Part shown: piece after piece, positions 1 to 11,934 of the stretch | Position numbering within the stretch: the first letter of the stretch is position 1 | How the letters are laid out: each line of letters opens with the position of its first letter | NCBI RefSeq assembly: GCF_964355755.1 | Contig: NC_092674.1 | Location: 25,048,001-25,112,000, forward strand | Length of the DNA stretch: 64,000 nucleotides | From: Antedon mediterranea | Taxonomy: Eukaryota; Animalia; Echinodermata | Reading direction: 5' to 3' | Made by a program: the position numbers and the translations under genes | Notes under the pieces: model-generated | Database searches by the model: none | What the model saw: the letters and a program-made list of their open reading frames with translations, nothing else | What the model was told of the DNA's origin: nothing

Positions 1-21
1 CAACAACGTTTCCTTTTATAG

Positions 22-1101
22 GGGTGTCGTCCAAGTCTATTTCGTACCTAACTTACTGGATAAAACAAAATTGGCCTATTTTCTCCGAGAAGAGAGCTTC
101 AACTCGAATATACACAAATAATGTTTAATGATAGAAAGAATGTTTCATTCTTTGAAAGATTGACTGGTCTTTTAAGTAGAGCAGATAAAATACCTACTAT
201 GAATGTCGATGCACATTTGTCATTTAAAAAAAATCAAAATCCAGTCATGTGATAGGTAATCAATCAAATGGCAAAGATACTCTTTGTTATAATTTATTTA
301 TAATGCATTTTTACAAAAACAATTTGAAAATTGGTATTTAAAATACAAAGAAAAGAAATTGTTGATCTGAATAATTGAAAGATATGAAATTTATGGTGGC
401 ATTATTTTAATGTATTTTGTTATGTTTTCTATATTAAAAGGCAATAAATATTATGATTATTGAGTTAAAAATTAAAGATTATTATTTATTTTATGTATCA
501 TACCTAAATCCTTTGTTAGCCTTTGCATTTCAAACAATGGTCGTCTAGTAAAGCGTGAAGGCCTAATAAAAATTAAATGTAGCGGTCCACTTCTCTAATT
601 AATTACAGATAATCCAGCGTAAAATAACAAAGCCGTAGATTAGTCAGTCAGCAGTGTTAGCGGTGTCACCAAAGTACAGTAGTGTTAAAAATAGCATAAT
701 AACGTGATATTTATTTTCACATCACAACAAACCGATACAGTTATGTTATCCCTGATGGAATCTAGGAAATTTTAAATCCAGATGGTAGGAAAATATGAAT
801 GGGTAAACTTTACAGGGAGAGGGGGGGGGGGGGGCTGGTGGTGATAAATTGTAGGGTAAGAGAATATTAATTACAAAAGAATTCAGTCCTTTTTTTTATT
901 GAGTGTTTCCTATCTTGTCTTTCACTTCAATTATTATAAATATAGATCACTTGTAAATTTCGGTCACTGAAAATATCGGAGAGAAAGACACCATCGATAT
1001 AGCGTCATTGATACATGTATCGGTGTTATGAGCAATTTCCGAGAGATAAAAATTTATGATAAATTGCAACAGAAACTGGAAGAATTGTTCATTAATAGTT
1101 A
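22..1101 (+). pseudogene. Possible degenerate exons (22-255, 946-1101) of an upstream gene
   Basis: Acceptor-like ttttatag at 21, AG|gtaat donor at 255, tatag acceptor at 945. Coding-like text is broken by stops and frameshifts, and no family was recognised. Confidence 0.2.
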
Positions 1102-1959
1102 ACAATGTACATCCTAAATTACCTAATCTCAAGGTTGACAACCAGATAACTATATTGTTCTGTTAACACTAATCACATGCTGATAGAACAATACTATTTA
1201 CTTCAATTCACTTCACAAACAATGAGGAATGAACGTTGCATATCAGTTGTGGGAAAGTGTGGGTTCCTTGCTGTGGCATGTACAGTATGATTTTTACTGT
1301 AAGATTTAATTATCAGAGGTACCTGCAACCAGGGAGTTGACAACTCCCTGCTGCAACTACTAGCTGGTTTTATAGTAGATAATTATAATGTATTGGACTT
1401 TGCTTGCTTCAATGACAAACTTAAAGTTAAAGTTTTTAAATGTTTTCTTAAATATTTAAATGATATATATAATAATAAATGTACCATAACTGATGTGACG
1501 GGGTGACATGACAGGCCTCAATATCAGATATGAGGTCAGAGTAGACCATATTATTCAACGAGACAGCAATGAAAAGACATGGTTGTCAACAGTAGGCCTA
1601 CCAAGTCTTAGATATAGACAAATTTAAGACTCAGTCACTCAATCAAGCATTCTGGTCTTGAAGGACCAGGTACAGTTTTTTTTAACAGTCGATTTTGAAT
1701 GATGATGATCCCCACATGATATTGAAATACAGAAGAGGCCTCCTCTCAAGACTAGCTAGCCTAGTAGGTCAGGACCTGCTGTAATTAGGCTAATTTATAA
1801 AAAAAAAATCTTACCATCAATAATCAGCATGACTTACATAATCCGATGTACAACCAAGAGACCCGAGAACATAAATAAACTAAATCGATATACCATCACA
1901 GAACGAATTCATGCAAAAAGGTAAACAAACTGGTGTGTAAAAACAGCTGACCTCTATCC

Positions 1960-2122
1960 CAGGGAAGTAAGTGGGTGTGGTCTGAAAAAAAGGGGAGGAG
2001 CTTATAATTATGAAAAGGGCTTTCTTTATAGAGGGCGCACATTGACAATCGTGACTTTATTTTTGTTCATTTGAAACTTTTACGTCAACTTATTTTACAT
2101 TAATTAAAGCGAAACTGAGGTC
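1960..2122 (+). promoter_or_regulatory. Putative PANK4 proximal promoter
   Basis: GGGAAGT (ETS-like), GGGTGTGG and GGGGAGGAGC (KLF/Sp-like) and TTATAA motifs clustered 100-160 bp upstream of the ATG. Motif inspection only. Confidence 0.35.
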
Positions 2123-5100
2123 ATGTCTGAACCATCTAGTTATGCACAATGTATAACATTACCTCCTGATCAAGTTTTTAGAAATTTAAAGAATGCAAAA
2201 CGATTTGCTATCGATATTGGTAAGTTTGCAACTAGCCTTGTCTAGTTAGGCTAGCCTCTAAGGCCTAGGCCTAGGCTAAGCTTGGGCTACCTAGGCCTAG
2301 TAGGCTAGGCCAGGCCTAGCTACTACTACTAGCTAGAGGCTAGGCCTAGCTGGTCCGTTTGTTTCAGCTTGTTGTGCCCGCGCCAGCAGCCAGGTCTTGA
2401 AGTTCTGCTGACTGCCTGAGCCTAGACTAGACCTAGCCTACCAGTCAGTCAGTAATTGTCTCTATATCCTTCATTTAAACTTGCATTAATAATAATAATG
2501 TTAATGTTGTTGGTGTGTATTGTGTTTTAGTTTATTTTAATTTATTCCATAAATAAATTACAATTAAACATATTGTTTTAGTTATTTTATTTATACTATC
2601 CTATAGTTATACAGTCCTAGCTAGTAGGCCTAGGCTAGTTATAGTTTTAAGGATTAAAATTTAAGTTCTATTGATCAATCAGTACGTGTATTTAAAATTG
2701 ATATATGAACTTTAAATGTCCAATTTGAATAACTTTGAATCCACTGTTCGATATTATATCTAAAATTTATAATAACTTTATATATTAAACAAATATTTTG
2801 TCCATACCCAGGTGGATCATTATGCAAATTAGCATACTATTCAACATTGCCTACCAAACAAAGCCATTGCTCGGAAGCCAAAGAGCAGTGTAAAGATGGA
2901 AAAGAAAGTCCTCCTTTATATGAAGTTGGGGAAAAGGAAGAAATCTCAACACGCCTTCATTTCATCAAATTTGAAACCAAATACATCGAAAGTTGCCTTG
3001 ATTTTGTTAAGCAGAACTTGATAGAGAATGAGGAACAGATGAATGGGAAGATTGTAAAGGCAACGGGTGGTGGAGCTTATAAGTATAAAGAACTATTATC
3101 GGAGAAACTAGCAGTAACGTAAGTTTACAAACCGATAGTTACGTAATGACTAAACCTAGTAGGGGACTTATGCACTTGTCAATTGTATGACCCACTATAC
3201 GATCCCCGGGAGAGGTGCGTCATGGGTGCGTCATTTACAAATAATTACTGACGCAGGGGTGCGTCAAAAAACCTAGATGGTACGTCGCATCAATGAACAA
3301 GGTGTGTCAATATCCGTCACTTTACCACCCACCATATCATAAACAACATGGTCACAGTGCGTCAAAATGGGTGCGTCATGGTCACCTAAAGGTAAGTCAC
3401 ATTTTTGACGCACCGGTGCGTCATGGTATTCAAAGGTATGACGCACATCGGACAAATGACGCACCTCTCCCGGGGGTCGTATAGTGGGTCATACAATTGA
3501 CAAGTGCATTACTGTGGCCCATAAGCAGTGCCCAGAGGGAAAAACAGGCATTAAAATATGCCGAAAAGGCTGGCTATTTGTGCATATCAGTACCATATTT
3601 AGACACATCACATTTTTTTGTCAAACTAGTTTGATAGTGTAGACAGAGTGTTTGTTTAGAACTTATATGGGTTTTTTTATCAAACACGTATTGAAACATA
3701 GTCCCATAATGCAGCTAGTAATCAGAAGTGGTGTCTTGATCTAACCGGGTACCCATTTTATACACCTGGGTGGAGAGAGGCAAATTTAAGTAAAGTGTCT
3801 TCCTAAAGCTCTGTCTACACTATCAAACTAGTTATATATGGTAGTGATATGCTCAAATATAATAGGGATGACATCATCATCTCCATATATGGGCACATCA
3901 CATGTTTTTGTCACATAAAGTTTGATTGTGTAGACAAGGCTTAAGGATAGAGTGACGATGATGTATACTTTTAATTTCTATAGGATTGAAAAAGAAGACG
4001 AGATGGATTGCTTGATAAAAGGATTACATTTTCTCCTGAGGAATATCCCAGATGAAGCGTTCATCTTTCAACGACATGCCAATCAAAAATACCAATTCCA
4101 ACCCTCGGACCAAAACATATTCCCTTACCTACTGGTAAACATTGGTTCTGGTGTTAGCATTGTCAAAGTGGAATCGGAGACACAGTACGAGAGGATTGGT
4201 GGTTCAGCAATGGGTGGTGGCACCTTCTGGGGGCTTGGTTCGCTACTAACAAAAGCCAAGGTTTGTTTTTCGAGATTTTTTTGAGTATTTAAAAAAAAAT
4301 TTTATTTCCAAACCCAACTAACAGCAAAAAAAATTCGCCAATAGCAGGTAGGTAATATTTATGTTATAAAGTTTGCGCTACACGCTGTATGTAATTCTAA
4401 CATGAAGTCTCTACCGCAAACTTTATGTCAGCATACTATATTGATTGTTGCTATGTCCTTGGTAAATGCTAACACTACTTTCTTCCTAAGAGGAGGTATT
4501 TTTTAAGTAGTTTATAGAAAAAAGGACAAAAATACATAGCTCCATGTTAGCTGTTACAGTTTTGATAATAATTTATAATACGTATCATTGCTATTCTTGA
4601 TTAGGGTTTTGATGAGTTGTTGAAACTTGCCATGGCCGGTGATCATCGTAATGTGGACATGCTGGTGAAAGACATCTATGGTGGTGCATATTCCGCTATG
4701 GGGTTACCTGAAGATCTCTTGGCATGCCACTTTGGTAGAACAGTCAAGCATTCTATGGACGACCAATCAAATTCAGGTATCAAGTTTTATTCATTTGCTT
4801 TAATTGCTTTCAAAAAAATTGTAATTTGGCCAACCCTATCATCTTGAAAACTAAATCATTTTTTAACTTGCCCCAGTTAGTCCAAATAAGTGACTGACAC
4901 AACATCTGTATTATTTTTTAAGGTACATTATACAGTTATACTGTATATAGTTACTATATTATATACAGTATAATATCATTATTTCTAAAAATCATTATGT
5001 AGGAGATTTCTGAAAAGGAAGTTGTTTGTCTTTAAAGAGTGGAGTTGTGGCTTGGTGTTTATGATGCTTGGCTACCAATCCAAGTGTCCTGGGTTCATTC

Positions 5101-8100
5101 AAGTCCTGTCAATTTTTCTATTGACAAATTGACAACTTCACTCCTAAAGACTTGTAATAAGACTTTGTTTATGTAGAGCATCGTGTGTATATGTTTGTCT
5201 TTTTTTGAAAATTCAAATAAATTATATTTTTAGAAAATGAAGAGTACGCTCCAGAAGACATTGCCAAGAGTCTTCTTTTGATGATAAGTAACGGTATCGG
5301 ACAGATGACGTGTCTCTACGCTAATCTAGAAAATATGAAGCGTGTATATTTTGGAGGGTATTTTATTCGTGGTCACCCAGTCATAATGGCGGCCATTACG
5401 TTTGCTTTAAATTATTTCTCAAAGGTGAGTTGAATGCCCAATTATGGTAGTGATATTCCCAAATATGGCAGTGATATTCCCAAATATGGTAGTGATATTC
5501 CCAAATATGGCAGTGATATTCCCAAATATGGTAGTGATATTCCCAAATATGGTAGTGATATTCCCAAATATGGTAGTGATATTCCCAAATATGGTAGTGA
5601 TATTCCCAAATATCGTAGTGATATTCCCAAATATGGTAGTGATATTCCCAAATATTGTAGTGATATTCCCAAATATGATAGTGTTATGACAACATCATCA
5701 TGTACATATATTGGCACATCACATTTTTGTTGTCACAAAATGTTTCACAGTGTAGACAGAGCTTAATATACAATGACATTTGTTTTGCTCTGAGACAATA
5801 CAAAGCCTCAACAAAATATAAGGTCACATCATTCCTGTATATTCAGTGCTGTAATATCAGCTGAATAGAAACTGTTGTGGAACCAGTAGAAGAGATTAGG
5901 GACTTTATGAAACAGGACGGTTAGGAGAGGTTGATGAATATCCTGTGTTTGCTACAGCGTAAAATCATAAACAGTCCAAATAGCCGTTTTATTAGTTATG
6001 CCCCTTGCGCGAAGATGACGACCAGCATTATCTCTCTATGCATGAGCACCGTCCTGTGGCATTCCGTCCTGTTTCGTAAAGTCCCTAATGGGCCAGTAAC
6101 GTCTACCGCTATGTACTGTACAACCTTAAAAACATAGTGTAGGGAATGGGTCTTGACAAAATGAAGATACTGTAGTCTACATGTACATATACCACGTATA
6201 TTAGTTCTGAAAAGAACTGTTGAGTTTCTCTACGTTTCGATCAAAATGCTTAGACCGTTGTCAGGAGTGAGAATGCCAACCTTTAAACAATATACATGTC
6301 CATAAGTACATAATTATTCACACATATAGAATTTAAATATAAAAATTCAAATCTTGTGTATTGATTAAGTGTTTATTGTAATATTTTTTTCAATGTTTTA
6401 TTATTTCTTTAAAGGGAGAAGTTCAGGCCTTATATTTAAGACATGAGGGTTATCTTGGTGCTATCGGTGCTTTTCTTAAAGGTGCAGAGGAAGATGGTAA
6501 GGAACAGAGTGATTGAAAACAGTTTATAAAACAGTTGCTATCAAATTTTTAAAATAAAGCCATTTATTTCTTTATATCGCATAGAGGTAGTTTTGCAAAA
6601 AAATATTGTGCAGTAATATTTACTTTCTTCCTTATAACTGTATCTGAATGTGTAATAGCACCTAACCAGGCATTCTCTGACCACAAAATGTTGCATTCGG
6701 GGCCAGTTTTATTGACGTTACCTACCTTACCTAACCTCTTCAGACCCATAAGGCTGCAGTGGAAATTTTCCAGTTGGTTTGCTTCGTTCCATGTCCTCCA
6801 TCCAAGGTATTCTCTCTCCCCTTCCACTGTTCTCCTACCTTCTGGTTTCCATATCATAGCTGTCTTAATGATGTATTGCTGTAAAATTGAAAATTCAAAT
6901 ATATATATATTTTTATTTGTACAGATACAGACAAATACCAATGGGGCGAGAATTTTGCTGGTAGCTCTGGATTTAGTAGTCCAACTCCTTACGTTGATTT
7001 TTCTGAAACGGGTATCTCTAGCTCAGTGAGTAGTTATCTTTTTCCACAATTTACAGATACATGTTCTCGATGTTGTTGAATATGCCTAATTCTTGCACTG
7101 AAAATCCTATAGCTATATTTCAATTAATTACTGTGAAAAAGTGTACACGAAATTTTCAAAAGCCGGCGATCTGTACTGAGCTGTCTTAATATCGAGTAAA
7201 CTAAAATTTCATTTTTCAAAACTTCATTTTTAGCATGAGGCAAGAGTTATAATTTAATAATAATGCGATGCTCCCACAGCATTTACTGTATTTGTTTTTT
7301 TGTACACTATTTAATTTGTAATTTTTAATTTAAATTTTTTTTTTAGTTTGATTTGTTTGAGATGAATAGATTAGACAGAGTTTATGTGCCTTGTCCTAGA
7401 CTCAAATGTCCAGTCTCTTATGTAGCTGATTTAGTAGACTTGACGAATGATTCTGATGCACGCGATTATTGGTTGAAATGCTTTGAAGAAGCCTTGACAC
7501 GGGTAAGTGATGCAATCACTTCTTAGCATCTACAGTACGTACTCAAATGTATGTATTGAGAAACATACAGATTTATAATTTATTCATAATTAGTTTTCAT
7601 TTTAGCAAATGGCTATTATTACAGTGGAACCTTAATCCAGCCATAACATAGGCAAGGGTTTGAGGCTCTCTCGCTCTCTTGCTCCATTATAGTTCTTGTG
7701 GTAGAGTCTTCTCAGATATGGACTATAAATCGCAGGTAGAGTGTACACATATTGCTAGTGTGCACTTTAAAAAACCTAGTACATCTTTCGAGACGAGTAG
7801 GGGGTTACTTCGGTGTAATAGTTCACACTTGGCCACTTTGTTGAGGACAAATGAGATACCGCTTTATAGTGGCTGCACAGACATGATGTGAACCGTAGGG
7901 GAGAAACATGGTGTTGAAAAGTGTAACATCCAAGTCCAAAGCGCATAGAGACTATTTGTATTATGCGCTATACAAATTTAAAGCCATTAACCATTATCTG
8001 TATCTTCAATATGGGCCTAAATATTTACAGCACGCTTTCAATCACTTTCTTAATTTCTGAATACTTAATGTATATTTAGGTTGGAGACTATGCAGTGAAA

Positions 8101-11100
8101 AGTCAGTCGTCAACACAGGATGCAATGAATAGAGCTGAACAATTTAAAGAAAAATATAGAAAAAGACTAAGAATACTACAAGACCAGCCTTTGTAAGTAC
8201 TGTATTACAAAAATAAATATTGTTTTGTTGATTTTCTCAACTAAAGAACACTGTTAACGATGAATTGTCCCCCAAAAACATAAAAAATGAAGATTAATCA
8301 AATCAGACTTTGAATTGGCCATTTTGTAGTTTTAACAAAGTTAATCACTTCCATAGAAAAAAAAACCTGAACAAATAATATTTTCATTTATAAAATGACA
8401 AACTAAATGATTAAATTCAACCAAAACCTTATTGGCTGGCAGCCAATTTGACTATGTTTTGCTTTAAATTACAGTTTTTTCAGGTAAATAAAATTTTGTT
8501 TAAGATCCAATTTTTGGTCAAAGTGGATTATATCATAGAAATAATATCTCTATGATTATACTGTGACGTTAAAATGGCATATTCAACAACAAAAATTTAA
8601 AAAAGTAATTTTTCAGGGGGACAATATATCTATATTTTTAGGTTAAATTTTGTTCTTAGTCTAAATTGAATACTCCTAGCTTATGTTTAGTCTCAATTGA
8701 TAGTTTATCTTAATTATTGAAATAAGTATGTGTAATTGTTTTTGTTTTTTTTGTTATAGTGCATTCGGCTCATTAACCGTTAGAAGTTTACTAGAGACAC
8801 GAGAGCAATGTCTGTATGAGTTTAGTTTTCCTGATCCATATTGCCATGTGAGTAAAGATGCCAAAAAATATGCATGTATGGAATCGAAAAAAATAAACAA
8901 ACCAACTTTACACAAATATATGAATGTTTATGAGTTGGATGGTTAGAATATTTCATTCCGTTTTTAATGAGGTGGAGCCAAGTTATGAACACAAAACATT
9001 CATTATTTGTTTTATAACTCACCTACTTTTATTAAATTTATCCATTCAAAATAGCAGTTCTGTAACTTTTTTTTTATTACTATAGCTGAAACGAGAAGAA
9101 AATGAAGCAGCATTAAAATTTTTACCGAGTCGGTTAAATCAGCTGGATTCAATGGCTTGGCTTGGACGACAAATGGCATTGATAGAGGGCGTTCTGGCTG
9201 GTAATGTGTTTGATTGGGGTTCTAAAGCAGTCACTACGTAAGAAAAACTTCTCAAATGTTTACAAATTTTGTTTGCAATTACAGGTACTGTATTGTTTAA
9301 TAGCTTAAAATATTTTTATTTTTCCTTTGCAGACTTTTAGAAAAGGGTAATTTTGGTTTTATGGAGGCTAAGTCTAGCCTCCAACCCAGACCTTGGTTGG
9401 TGGATAACTTGGATGCATGGTTAGAGAGGCTAAAGGTTAGAAATTACTTTTACCTATTTTATGACAGACCAATTTTCCCCAATTTTTTTATATGGAAGAT
9501 AATATTCCTATAATTCATAATGTAGTTTCCACTACTTGTTGTTAACCCGGACAACAAATATGTTTTTCCATTTGACATGTCCAGTTGTCTACATCTCTGT
9601 CTACACTATCAAACTTTATGTGACAAAAAAAATTTGATTTGCCCATATATGGACACGATGATATATCAAATCAAATGTAAATCAACCAATCAAATTTCAT
9701 TTGTACCTTGTTGCATAAATGACAATAAATACTATCGTATCGTACCATCTTTAAGAACATCACACTTTTTTTGTCAAACTAGTCTGATAGTGTAAATTGA
9801 GCTGGATTGTTTAGTTTGATAGTATAGTTTCAATTTTTATAGCGACCTCTCTTGTTTGGTAATATGCTTTTATTGGGACATCTGTTATCACCTTTAACGC
9901 TAATAAATTTTTATTTAATTTTATGTCAATGATTGTGTTCTTTATTCCACAGGGTCCACCTCATAAACGAGTTGTTATATTTGTAGATAACAGTGGTGCT
10001 GACATTATTTTAGGCATATTCCCACTCGTCAGAGAATTCTTAAAGCGAGGAACACAGGTAATACATAGTATTCATTTTTTGTTATTAAAATAATACCGTA
10101 TATCCTCGGGTATAATCCGACCCACTACTTTTTATATAATTTCACAAACATGCATATCCCCCGGTATAAACCCAGTATTGACGTTTGAACTGGATGTAGG
10201 CCTCTCTCTAGCCAATTCAGATGATTTTTTACAAGAAATGCTTACCAATCCTTTTTTTTTTTCTGAACCAGGGTTTCCCCGGGTGTAGTTCACTCCCCCC
10301 TCCCCCCGTAAAGTCGGCCAAAGTTCGTTTTTTAGGAGAGCGAGATTATGCCAGAGGATATACAGTAATTGTTTTTCCCTGACATACATATTATAATAAA
10401 ATATTTTCTTTTTTTCTATTTTAAGGTGATCCTTTCAGCCAATTCAAAGCCTGCCCTCAATGACATTACCCATAATGAATTAGTTATTATTGTGGAGCGT
10501 ATTATTACAATGGACGAGACAATAAAGACCGCCCTCTATGAGAAGCAACTGCAGTTGATTCAAAATGGTAGTGGTTCACCATGTTTAGATTTGAGGTAAA
10601 TAAAAAATAAAATTGTTGAGCCAGATTGTTGTATTCTGAGGTTGAATAGGACTGTCAGGCTTTCAATATTACTCTACATACAGTAATCTTTCATTCAACG
10701 AACACAGAACAATTATTAGTTTTTTAACACGTTCACTGCCACGGCGTATTTATACGTCAAAAATTGCGTGTTGCTACTTGCCAAGACGTAATACTACGTC
10801 AAAATCGTAGCACTTTTGTATTGTATGTAGAATCGCTGGCAGTGGTTATTGGAACAGGAATTATCGCATGGCAGTTTATGAATGATGTACGTAAACGATA
10901 ATCTAAAAATAAATGTCATATGTTTGTTTGTGTTTATTCCCTCATGCATTGAATATGGTTGATACGATGGCGCCCTCACACTCAATATAATCATCTCAAA
11001 CATGTCATAAATTGCGCTAATAGTAAATAAAAATAATAAATAGTAAATAATATAAGTAATATATATATAGTAAGTAATATAATTAGTATTTATACGTCTC

Positions 11101-11934
11101 AACGGTTTTTCCCGCCATCGTATTTTGAATGACATCATGATAGTCTGTGACCAGATGTTACACTTTCAAACTGCAATTTAATATGTAAACGGGACTTGGC
11201 ACTGGGACAGAAATTACGGAAAATGCCTTGGCAGTCAATGTGTTAACACACTGTTCTAGAGTAAACTTTTATTCAATTAATCCAATGCTCTATCAATGTC
11301 AAAAGCTAAACCTAGTCAAAAGACAGCGCTCAGATTTTGGATGTGGAGTTTAACAACAGTTATAGAAGATGTACGTACAGTTAGGTTGAAATTAAATCGC
11401 GGAAACAAGCCTTCCTCCCTACCTAATTTGTATATTCGTAATTTAAATCTAAAAAATGTTTACAAAAAGCTGAGTGTGCAGTGATATCGTCAATCATTGA
11501 AATGGGAGAAATTAATGCCAACCAATCAAATGCAAAGGATGCACTTTGGTGTGTTGTAATAATTATTATTAGTTTATTTAATATTTAATTAGTCAAACAA
11601 CATCATAATAGTTGAGTAGAAAAGTAACTTTACTTTAAAAGGTATCTAATATATTAAAACAATTTTCTATTTAATTAAAATTTATTTGTTTTTCTTACCA
11701 AATAACTTGTTAACTTTTTATTTCTTTTCTTTCAGTCGCATTGATCAAACAATAGCATCCTGCTGTAACGAGGCCGACCTTATTATTTTGGAGGGAATGG
11801 GACGTGCGATTCACACGAATTACAGTGCACGCTTCTCGTGCGAAAGCCTGAAACTCGCCGTGCTGAAAAACAAGTGGTTAGCAGAACGTTTTGGAGGCGG
11901 CATGTTCAGTATTGTTGTCAAATATGAAATGTAG
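2123..11934 (+). CDS. PANK4: Pantothenate kinase 4 (type II PanK domain + DUF89/ARMT1-like 4'-phosphopantetheine phosphatase), 15 coding exons, 770 aa
   Basis: Exons with GT-AG borders and consistent phases: 2123-2219, 2812-3118, 3984-4260, 4605-4776, 5234-5424, 6415-6496, 6925-7025, 7347-7502, 8080-8192, 8760-8847, 9086-9237, 9333-9435, 9953-10057, 10426-10595, 11736-11934 (2313 nt). Kinase motifs: [68 protein letters not shown]89 motifs: [35 protein letters not shown]. These follow the PANK4 family sequence as I recall it. Confidence 0.96.
3171..3508. mobile_element. Harbinger-type MITE with about 53-bp TIRs and TTA TSD in PANK4 intron 2
   Basis: TGCACTTGTCAATTGTATGACCCACTATACGA.CCCCGGGAGAGGTGCGTCAT and its reverse complement at the other end; TTA on both sides. 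Confidence 0.85.
3680..3950 (-). mobile_element. CORE-like SINE fragment interrupted by a MITE (3807-3941)
   Basis: TACCCATTTTATACACCTGGGTGGAGAGAGGCAAA..CC[TAA-MITE]TAAGGATA, versus uninterrupted CCTAAGGATA at about 50307. Confidence 0.7.
5436..5682. repeat. 21-bp minisatellite (CCCAAATATGGTAGTGATATT, about 12 copies) inside a MITE A copy
   Basis: Direct tandem units visible; the right flank continues as the MITE A end (GTGTAGACAGAGCT-taa). Confidence 0.95.
5899..6085. mobile_element. Small MITE with TA flanks
   Basis: ta-GGGACTTTATGAAACAGGACGG ... CCGTCCTGTTTCGTAAAGTCCC-ta inverted termini. Confidence 0.7.
7610..7997 (+). mobile_element. tRNA-derived SINE with Deu/Nin-like central domain
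   Basis: GTCTTCTCAGATATGGACTATAAA..GCACTTTAAA..CTTTCGAGACGAGTAGGGGGTTA resembles the Deu domain; AAGCGC..GCGCTATAC tail. Confidence 0.65.
10096..10366. mobile_element. Tc1/mariner (pogo-like) MITE; second copy at 19645-19910 in opposite orientation
   Basis: ta-CCGTATATCCTCGGGTATAAT ... ATTATGCCAGAGGATATACAG-ta; internal homology between the two copies. Confidence 0.7.
10728..11242. mobile_element. piggyBac-like non-autonomous element with TTAA TSD
   Basis: ttaa-CACGTTCACTGCCA ... TGGCAGTCAATGTG-ttaa (12 of 14 TIR positions match). Confidence 0.7.

Noticed and set aside
1221-1295. SECIS element for the TGA at about 968
   Set aside because: Spacing between ATGA and the AAA loop is too long, and I could not form a convincing helix by eye.
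5434-5766. Repetitive ORFs (PKYGSDI)n on both strands
   Set aside because: Translation of a 21-bp minisatellite within a MITE in a PANK4 intron.
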